From positions 3,658,001 to 3,722,000 of the forward strand of contig OZ059894.1 in assembly GCA_964057225.1 (NCBI GenBank): a stretch of DNA of 64,000 nucleotides, in the 5' to 3' direction. The notes beneath the pieces were generated by a model, which ran no database searches, was not told the origin of the DNA, and saw nothing but the letters and a program-made list of their open reading frames with translations. This DNA comes from Auanema rhodensis (taxonomy: Eukaryota > Animalia > Nematoda). The position numbers and the translations under genes are program-made. How positions within the stretch are numbered: position 1 is the stretch's first letter; each line of letters begins with the position of its first letter. Below are positions 53,701 to 64,000 of the stretch, in pieces.

Positions 53701-56700
53701 AAAACCGCATCTCTTTATCTTTGACGTGAAGCGAGTTACATACGAAGTGCACATCATGTGTACACTTAATTAGCATAAATTAAAGTTCACGTAAATTTTA
53801 AAGTCATGGTTGCCATGCACCAATATCAATAAAAATTTGTTTTTAGACTAATATGGAAATGGGGAATCTAATTTTGAGAACCGCATCTCTTCATCTTTCA
53901 CGTGAAGCGAGTTACATACCAAGTGCACATCACGTGTACACTTAATAAGCATAAATTAAAGTTCACGTAAATTTCAAAGTCATGGTTACCATGCACCAAT
54001 ATCAATAAAAATTTGTTTTTAGACTAATATGGAAATGGGGAATCTAATTTTGAGAACCGCATCTCTTCATCTTTCACGTGAAGCGAGTTACATACCAAGT
54101 GCACATCACGTGTACACTTAATAAACATAAATTAAAGTTCACGTAAATTTCAAAGTCATGGTTACCATGCACCAATATCAATAAAAATTTGTTTTTAGAC
54201 TAATATGGACATGGGGAATCTAATTTTGAAAACCGCATCCCTTTATCTTTCACGTGAAACGAGTTACATACCAAGTGCACATCACGTGTACACTTAATAA
54301 GCATAAATTAAAGTTCACGTAAATTTCAAAGTCATGGTTACCATGCACCAATATCAATAAAAATTTGTTTTTAGACTAATATGGAAATGGGGAATCTAAT
54401 TTTGAAAACCGCATCTCTTTATCTTTCACGTGAAGCGAGTTACATACCAAGCGCACATCATGTGTACACTTAATTAGCATAAATTAAAGTTCACGTAAAT
54501 TTCAAAGTCATGGTTACCATGCACCAATATCAATAAAAATTTGTTTTTAGACTAATATGGAAATGGGGAATCTAATTTTGAAAACCGCATCTCTTTATCT
54601 TTGACGTGAAGCGAGTTACATACCAAGTGCACATCATGTGTACACTTAATTAGCATAAATTAAAGTTCACGTAAATTTTAAAGTCATGGTTGCCATGCAC
54701 CAATATCAATAAAAATTTGTTTTTAGACTAATATGGACATGGGGAATCTAATTTTGAAAACCGCATCTCTTTATCTTTGACGTAAAGCGAGTTACATACC
54801 AAGTGCACATCATGTGTACACTTAATTAGCATAAATTAAAGTTCACGTAAATTTTAAAGTCATGGTTGCCATGCACCAATATCAATAAAAATTTGTTTTT
54901 AGACTAATATGGAAATGGGGAATCTAATTTTGAAAACCGCATCTCTTTATCTTTCACGTGAAGCGAGTTACATACCAAGCGCACATCATGTGTACACTTA
55001 ATTAGCATAAATTAAAGTTCACGTAAATTTCAAAGTCATGGTTACCATGCACCAATATTAATAAAAATTTGTTTTTAGACTAATATGGACATGGGGAATC
55101 TAATTTTGAAAACCGCATCTCTTTATCTTTGACGTAAAGCGAGTTACATACCAAGTGCACATCATGTGTACACTTAATTAGCATAAATTAAAGTTCACGT
55201 AAATTTCAAAGTCATGGTTACCATGCACCAATATTAATAAAAATTTGTTTTTAGACTAATATGGACATGGGGAATCTAATTTTGAAAACCGCATCTCTTT
55301 ATCTTTCACGTGAAGCGAGTTACATACCAAGTGCACATCACGTGTACACTTAATAAGCATAAATTAAAGTTCACGTAAATTTCAAAGTCATGGTTACCAT
55401 GCACCAATATTAATAAAAATTTGTTTTTAGACTAATATGGACATAGGGAATCTAATTTTGAAAACCGCATCTCTTTATCTTTGACTTGAAGCGAGTTACA
55501 TACCAAGTGCACATCATGTGTACACTTAATTAGCATAAATTGAAGTTCACGTAAATTTCAAAGTCATGGTTACCATCCACCTATATCAACAAAAATGTGT
55601 TTTTAGACTAATATGGACATAGGGAATCTAATTTCGAAAAGCGCATCTCTTCATCTTTCACGTGAAGCGAGTTACATACCAAGTGCACATCACGTGTACA
55701 CTTAATTAGCATAAATTGAAGTTCACGTAAATTTCAAAGTCATGGTTACCATGCACCAATATCAATAAAAATTTGTTTTTAGACTAATATGGAAATGGGG
55801 AATCTAATTTTGAAAACCGCATCTCTTCATCTTTCACGTGAAGCGAGTTACATACCAAGTGCACATCATGTGTACACTTAATTAGCATAAATTAAAGTTC
55901 ACGTAAATTTCAAAGTCATAGTTACCATGCACCAATATCAATAAAAATTTGTTTTTAGACTAATATGGACATGGGGAATCTAATTTTGAAAACCGCATCC
56001 CTTTATCTTTCACGTGAAGCGAGTTACATACCAAGTGCACATCACGTGTACACTTAATAAGCATAAATTAAAGTTCACGTAAATTTCAAAGTCATGGTTA
56101 CCATGCACCAATATCAATAAAAATTCGTTTTTAGACTAATATGGACATGAGGAATCTAATTTTGAAAACCGCATCTCTTCATCTTTCACGTGAAGCGAGT
56201 TACATACCAAGTGCACATCATGTGTACACTTAATTAGCATAAATTAAAGTTCACGTAAATTTTAAAGTCATGGTTGCCATGCACCAATATCAATAAAAAT
56301 TTGTTTTTAGACTAATATGGAAATGGGGAATCTAATTTTGAAAACCGCATCTCTTTATCTTTGACGTGAAGCGAGTTACATACCAAGTGCACATCATGTG
56401 TACACTTAATTAGCATAAATTAAAGTTCACGTAAATTTTAAAGTCATGGTTGCCATGCACCAATATCAATAAAAATTTGTTTTTAGACTAATATGGAAAT
56501 GGGGAATCTAATTTTGAAAACCGCATCTCTTTATCTTTCACGTGAAGCGAGTTACATACCAAGCGCACATCATGTGTACACTTAATTAGCATAAATTAAA
56601 GTTCACGTAAATTTCAAAGTCATGGTTACCATGCACCAATATTAATAAAAATTTGTTTTTAGACTAATATGGACATGGGGAATCTAATTTTGAAAACCGC

Positions 56701-57735
56701 ATCTCTTTATCTTTGACGTAAAGCGAGTTACATACCAAGTGCACATCATGTGTACACTTAATTAGCATAAATTAAAGTTCACGTAAATTTCAAAGTCATG
56801 GTTACCATACACCAATATTAATAAAAATTTGTTTTTAGACTAATATGGACATGGGGAATCTAATTTTGAAAACCGCATCTCTTTATCTTTCACGTGAAGC
56901 GAGTTACATACCAAGTGCACATCACGTGTACACTTAATAAGCATAAATTAAAGTTCACGTAAATTTCAAAGTCATGGTTACCATGCACCAATATCAATAA
57001 AAATTCGTTTTTAGACTAATATGGACATGAGGAATCTAATTTTGAAAACCGCATCACTTCATCTTTCACGTGAAGCGAGTTACATACCAAGTGCACATCA
57101 TGTGTACACTTAATTAGCTTAAATTAAAGTTCACGTAAATTTCAAAGTCATGGTTACCATGCACCAATATTAATAAAAATTTGTTTTTAGACTAATATGG
57201 ACATGGGGAATCTAATTTTGAAAACCGCATCTCTTTATCGTTGACGTGAAGCGAGTTACATACCAAGTGCACATCATGTGTACACTTAATTAGCATAAAT
57301 TGAAGTTCATGTAAATTTCAAAGTCATGGTTACCATGCACCAATATCAATAAAAATTTGTTTTCAGACTAATATGGACATGGGGAATCTAATTTTGAAAA
57401 CCGCATCTCTTTATCTTTCACGTGAAGCGAGTTACATACCAAGTGCACATCACGTGTACACTTAATAAGCATAAATTAAAGTTCACGTAAATTTTAAAGT
57501 CATGGTTGCCATGCACCAATATCAATAAAAATTTGTTTTTAGACTAATATGGAAATGGGGAATCTATTTTGAAAACCGCATCTCTTTATCTTTCACGTGA
57601 AGCGAGTTACATACCAAGTGCACATCATGTGTACACTTAATTAGCATAAATTAAAGTTCACGTAAATTTCAAAGTCATGGTTACCATTCACCAATATTAA
57701 TAAAAATTTGTTTTTAGACTAATATGGACATAGGG

Positions 57736-60700
57736 TATCAACTGATATAAGTTCACACTTATATCCTCGATTTTCACCCTGAAGAATTAATTTTTTCGTT
57801 GAATAACATTGTCCATCGTCTTTGCCTTGAAAAAAAAAATCTGAAAACATCTACTTTTTGCTAAATTATTTTGAAATTTTTCGAAAAAATTTTTGTCAAA
57901 ATGTTTTTGGAAGCAATGTTGAGTGTACATGGAAACTCAACATACACTAATGCATCATTTTTCAAACGATCATAACTAATTTTTGTATTAAGCGTTTCTC
58001 AATGTAGTATAGTGCATTCGATGCGGATTTTTAAGCTGCGTTGATCTGTGTTATCAGATTTGCGCTAGCTTAAAAATGCACCGAGATATCAACTGATATA
58101 AGTTCACACTTATATCCTCGATTTTCACCCTGAAGAATTAATTTTTTCGTTGAATAACATTGTCCATCGTCTTTGCCTTGAAAAAAGGAATCTAAAAACA
58201 TCTACTTTTTGCTAAATTATTTTGAAATTTTTCGAAAAAATTTTTGTCAAAATGTTTTTGGAAGCAATGTTGAGTGTACATGGAAACTCAACATACACTA
58301 ATGCATCATTTTTCAAACGATCATAACTAATTTTTGTATTAAGCGTTTCTCAATGTAGTATAGTGCATTCGATGCGGATTTTTAAGCTGCGTCGATCTGT
58401 GTTATCAGATTTGCGCTAGCTTAAAAATGCACCGAGATATCAACTGATATAAGTTCACACTTATATCCTCGATTTTCACCCTGAAGAATTAATTTTTTCG
58501 TTGAATAACAATGTCCATCGTCTTTGCCTTGAAAAAAGGAATCTAAAAACATCTACTTTTTGCTAAATTATTTTGAAATTTTTCGAAAAAATTTTTGTCA
58601 AAATGTTTTTGGAAGCAATGTTGAGTGTACATGGAAACTCAACATACACTAATGCATCATTTTTCAAACGATCATAACTAATTTTTGTATTAAGCGTTTC
58701 TCAATGTAGTATAGTGCATTCGATGCGGATTTTTAAGCTGCGTCGATCTGTGTTATCAGATTTGCGCTAGCTTAAAAATGCACCGAGATATCAACTGATA
58801 TAAGTTCACACTTATATCCTCGATTTTCACCCTGAAGAATTAATTTTTTCGTTGAATAACAATGTCCATCGTCTTCGCCTTGAAAAAAGGAATCTAAAAA
58901 CATCTACTTTTTGCTAAATTATTTTGAAATTTTTCGAAAAAATTTTTGTCAAAATGTTTTTGGAAGCAATGTTGAGTGTACATGGAAACTCAACATACAC
59001 TAATGCATCATTTTTCAAACGATCATAACTAATTTTTGTATCGAGCGTTTCTCAATGTAGTATAGTGCATTCGATGCGGATTTTTAAGCTGCGTCGATCT
59101 GTGTTATCAGATTTGCGCTAGCTTAAAAATGCACCGAGATATCAACTGATATAAGTTCACACTTATATCCTCGATTTTCACCCTGAAGAATTAATTTTTT
59201 CGTTGAATAACATTGTCCATCGTCTTTGCCTTGAAAAAAGGAATCTAAAAACATCTACTTTTTGCTAAATTATTTTGAAATTTTTCGAAAAAATTTTTGT
59301 CAAAATGTTTTTGGAAGCAATGTTGAGTGTACATGGAAACTCAACATACACTAATGCATCATTTTTCAAACGATCATAACTAATTTTTGTATTAAGCGTT
59401 TCTCAATGTAGTATAGTGCATTCGATGCGGATTTTTAAGCTGCGTCGATCTGTGTTATCAGATTTGCGCTAGCTTAAAAATGCACCGAGATATCAACTGA
59501 TATAAGTTCACACTTATATCCTCGATTTTCACCCTGAAGAATTAATTTTTTCGTTGAATAACATTGTCCATCGTCTTTGCCTTGAAAAAAGGAATCTAAA
59601 AACATCTACTTTTTGCTAAATTATTTTGAAATTTTTCGAAAAATTTTTGTCAAAATGTTTTTGGAAGCAATGTTGAGTGTACATGGAAACTCAACATACA
59701 CTAATGCATCATTTTTCAAACGATCATAACTAATTTTTGTATTAAGCGTTTCTCAATGTAGTATAGTGCATTCGATGCGGATTTTTAAGCTGCGTCGATC
59801 TGTGTTATCAGATTTGCGCTAGCTTAAAAATGCACCGAGATATCAACTGATATAAGTTCACACTTATATCCTCGATTTTCACCCTGAAGAATTAATTTTT
59901 TCGTTGAATAACAATGTCCATCGTCTTCGCCTTTAAAAAAGGAATTTAAAAACATCTACTTTTTGCTAAATTATTTTGAAATTTTTCGAAAAAATTTTTG
60001 TCAAAATGTTTTTGGAAGCAATGTTGAGTGTACATGGAAACTCAACATACACTAATGCATCATTTTTCAAACGATCATAACTAATTTTTGTATCGAGCGT
60101 TTCTCAATGTAGTATAGTGCATTCGATGCGGATTTTTAAGCTGCGTCGATCTGTGTTATCAGATTTGCGCTAGCTTAAAAATGCACCGAGATATCAACTG
60201 ATTTAAGTTCACACTTATATCCTCGATTTTGACCCTGAAGAATTAATTTTTTCGTTGAATAACATCGTCCATCGTCTTTGCCTTGAAAAAAGGAATCTAA
60301 AAACATCTACTTTTTGCTAAATTATTTTGAAATTTTTCGAACAAATTTTTGTCAAAATGTTTTTGGAAGCAATGTTGATTGTACATGGAAACTCAACATA
60401 CACTAATGCATCATTTTTCAAACGATCATAACTAATTTTTGTATTGAGCGTTTCTCAATGTAGAATAGTGCATTCGATGCGGATTTTTAAGCTGCGTCGG
60501 TCTGTGTTATCAGATTTGCGCTAGCTTAAAAATGCACCGAGATATCAACTGATATATGTTCACACTTATATCCTCGATTTTCACCCTGAAGAATTAATTT
60601 TTTCGTTGAATAACAATGTCCATCGTCTTTGCCTTGAAAAAAGGAATCTAAAAACATCTACTTTTTGCTAAATTATTTTGAAATTTTTCGAAAAAATTTT

Positions 60701-63700
60701 TGTCAAAATGTTTTTGGAAGCAATGTTGAGTGTACATGGAAACTCAACATACACTAATGCATCATTTTTCAAACGATCATAACTAATTTTTGTATTAAGC
60801 GTTTCTCAATGTAGTATAGTGCATTCGATGCGGATTTTTAAGCTGCATCGATCTGTGTTATCAGATTTGCGCTAGCTTAAAAATGCACCGAGATATCAAC
60901 TGATATAAGTTCACACTTATATCCTCGATTTTCACCCTGAAAAATTAATTTTTTTGTTGAATAACATCGTCCATCGTCTTTGCCTTGAAAAAAGGAATCT
61001 AAAAACATCTACTTTTTGCTAAATTATTTTGAAATTTTTTGAAAAAATTTTTGTCAAAATGTTTTTGGAAGCAATGTTGAGTGTACATGGAAACTCAACA
61101 TACACTAATGCTTCATTTTTCAAACGATCATAACTAATTTTTGTATTGAGCGTTTCTCAATGTAGTATAGTGCATTCGATGCGGATTTTTAAGCTGCGTC
61201 GATCTGTGTTATCAGATTTGCGCTAGCTTAAAAATGCACCGAGATATCAACTGATATAAGTTCACACTTATATCCTCGATTTTGACCCTGAAGAATTAAT
61301 TTTTTCGTTGAATAACATCGTCCATCGTCTTTGCCTTGAAAAAAGGAATGTAAAAACATCTACTTTTTGCTAAATTATTTTGAAATTTTTCGAAAAAATT
61401 TTTGTCAAAATGTTTTTGGAAGCAATGTTGATTGTACATGGAAACTCAACATACACTAACGCATCATTTTTCAAACGATCATAACTAATTTTTGTATTAA
61501 GCGTTTCTCAATGTAGTATAGTGCATTCGATGCGGATTTTTAAGCTGCGTCGGTCTGTGTTATCAGATTTGCGCTAGCTTAAAAATGCACCGAGATATCA
61601 ACTGATATAAGTTCACACTTATATCCTCGATTTTGACCCTGAAGAATTAATTTTTTCGTTGAATAACAATGTCCATCGTCTTTGCCTTGAAAAAAGGAAT
61701 CTAAAAACTTCTACTTTTTGCTAAATTATTTTGAAATTTTTCGAAAAAATTTTTGTCAAAATGTTTTTGGAAGCAATGTTGAGTGTACATGGAAACTCAA
61801 CATACACTAATGCATCATTTTTCAAACGATCATAACTAATTTTTGTATTGAGCGTTTCTCAATGTAGTATAGTGCATTCGATGCGGATTTTTAAGCTGCG
61901 TCGGTCTGTGTTATCAGATTTGCGCTAGCTTAAAAATGCACCGAGATATCAACTGATATAAGTTCACACTTATATCCTCGATTTTCACCCTGAAGAATTA
62001 ATTTTTTCGTTGAATAACAATGTCCATCGTCTTTGCCTTGAAAAAAGGAATCTAAAAACTTCTACTTTTTGCTAAATTATTTTGAAATTTTTCGAAAAAA
62101 TTTTTGTCAAAATGTTTTTGGAAGCAATGTTGAGTGTACATGGAAACTCAACATACACTAATGCATCATTTTTCAAACGATCATAACTAATTTTTGTATT
62201 AAGCGTTTCTCAATGTAGTATAGTGCATTCGATGCGGATTTTTAAGCTGCATCGATCTGTGTTATCAGATTTGCGCTAGCTTAAAAATGCACCGAGATAT
62301 CAACTGATATAAGTTCACACTTCTATCCTCGATTTTCACCCTGAAAAATTAATTTTTTTGTTGAATAACATCGTCCATCGTCTTTGCCTTGAAAAAAGGA
62401 ATGTAAAAACATCTACTTTTTGCTAAATTATTTTGAAATTTTTCGAAAAAATTTTTGTCAAAATGTTTTTGGAAGCAATGTTGATTGTACATGGAAACTC
62501 AACATACACTAACGCATCATTTTTCAAACGATCATAACTAATTTTTGTATTAAGCGTTTCTCAATGTAGTATAGTGCATTCGATGCGGATTTTTAAGCTG
62601 CGTCGGTCTGTGTTATCAGATTTGCGCTAGCTTAAAAATGCACCGAGATATCAACTGATATAAGTTCACACTTATATCCTCGATTTTGACCCTGAAGAAT
62701 TAATTTTTTCGTTGAATAACAATGTCCATCGTCTTTGCCTTGAAAAAAGGAATCTAAAAACTTCTACTTTTTGCTAAATTATTTTGAAATTTTTCGAAAA
62801 AATTTTTGTCAAAATGTTTTTGGAAGCAATGTTGAGTGTACATGGAAACTCAACATACACTAATGCATCATTTTTCAAACGATCATAACTAATTTTTGTA
62901 TTGAGCGTTTCTCAATGTAGTATAGTGCATTCGATGCGGATTTTTAAGCTGCGTCGGTCTGTGTTATCAGATTTGCGCTAGCTTAAAAATGCACCGAGAT
63001 ATCAACTGATATAAGTTCACACTTATATCCTCGATTTTCACCCTGAAGAATTAATTTTTTCGTTGAATAACAATGTCCATCGTCTTTGCCTTGAAAAAAG
63101 GAATCTAAAAACTTCTACTTTTTGCTAAATTATTTTGAAATTTTTCGAAAAAATTTTTGTCAAAATGTTTTTGGAAGCAATGTTGAGTGTACATGGAAAC
63201 TCAACATACACTAATGCATCATTTTTCAAACGATCATAACTAATTTTTGTATTAAGCGTTTCTCAATGTAGTATAGTGCATTCGATGCGGATTTTTAAGC
63301 TGCATCGATCTGTGTTATCAGATTTGCGCTAGCTTAAAAATGCACCGAGATATCAACTGATATAAGTTCACACTTCTATCCTCGATTTTCACCCTGAAAA
63401 ATTAATTTTTTTGTTGAATAACATCGTCCATCGTCTTTGCCTTGAAAAAAGGAATCTAAAAACATCTACTTTTTGCTAAATTATTTTGAAATTTTTTGAA
63501 AAAATTTTTGTCAAAATGTTTTTGGAAGCAATGTTGAGTGTACATGGAAACTCAACATACACTAATGCTTCATTTTTCAAACGATCATAACTAATTTTTG
63601 TATTGAGCGTTTCTCAATGTAGTATAGTGCATTCGATGCGGATTTTTAAGCTGCGTCGATCTGTGTTATCAGATTTGCGCTAGCTTAAAAATGCACCGAG

Positions 63701-64000
63701 ATATCAACTGATATAAGTTCACACTTATATCCTCGATTTTCACCCTGAAGAATTAATTTTTTCGTTGAATAACAATGTCCATCGTCTTTGCCTTGAAAAA
63801 AGGAATCTAAAAACTTCTACTTTTTGCTAAATTATTTTGAAATTTTTCGAAAAAATTTTTGTCAAAATGTTTTTGGAAGCAATGTTGAGTGTACATGGAA
63901 ACTCAACATACACTAATGCATCATTTTTCAAACGATCATAACTAATTTTTGTATTAAGCGTTTCTCAATGTAGTATAGTGCATTCGATGCGGATTTTTAA
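57736..64000. repeat. SatB tandem satellite array, 351-bp monomer, about 17.8 copies, runs off the window
   Basis: TATCAACTGATATAAGTTCACAC... starts at 57736, 58087, 58438, 58789, 59140, 59491 and 59841 (one 350-bp copy). Copies are highly similar and each has several inverted repeats. Confidence 0.99.

Larger units (their letters stand above)
23632..57735. repeat. SatA tandem satellite array right of the LINE; about 194 monomers
   Basis: Same 176/175-bp monomer and orientation as 1-19348. One internally deleted 102-bp monomer at 24492-24593. Confidence 0.99.

Noticed and set aside
1-57735. Identity with primate alpha satellite or Arabidopsis CEN178
   Set aside because: Only the length is similar; I recognise no sequence match.
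57794-57812. CENP-B-box-like TTTCGTTGAATAAC in SatB, and yeast CDEI-like ATCACGTG in some SatA copies
   Set aside because: The essential CGGG half of the CENP-B box is missing; an 8-bp CDEI match without CDEII/CDEIII is uninformative.
1-64000. CRISPR array or prokaryotic repeat system
   Set aside because: Repeats are contiguous 176- or 351-bp units with no unique spacers and no cas genes; the RT is a eukaryotic APE-type LINE enzyme, not a retron, DGR or group II intron RT.

Overview
Eukaryotic, AT-rich satellite heterochromatin, centromere- or pericentromere-like. The host is probably an invertebrate; the retroelement proteins look like nematode CR1 proteins, which is an inference. Three components. 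(1) A head-to-tail 176-bp satellite (SatA, about 300 monomers, 1-19348 and 23632-57735) with recurring diagnostic variants and locally changing higher-order repeats (10-, 5-, 12- and 6-mers). (2) A single young, 5'-truncated CR1-type LINE on the minus strand (19349-23631) with undisrupted ORF1 and APE-RT ORF2. (3) An abrupt switch at 57735/57736 to a dyad-rich 351-bp satellite (SatB, about 18 monomers). Most notable: ORF2 has no AUG ahead of its endonuclease domain and lies in the +1 frame. ORF1 ends in UCC_UUU_CGU_UAA, the influenza PA-X-type +1 ribosomal frameshift motif, and the shift would fuse ORF1 precisely to ORF2. The AUG of the truncated ORF1 comes from the satellite itself.
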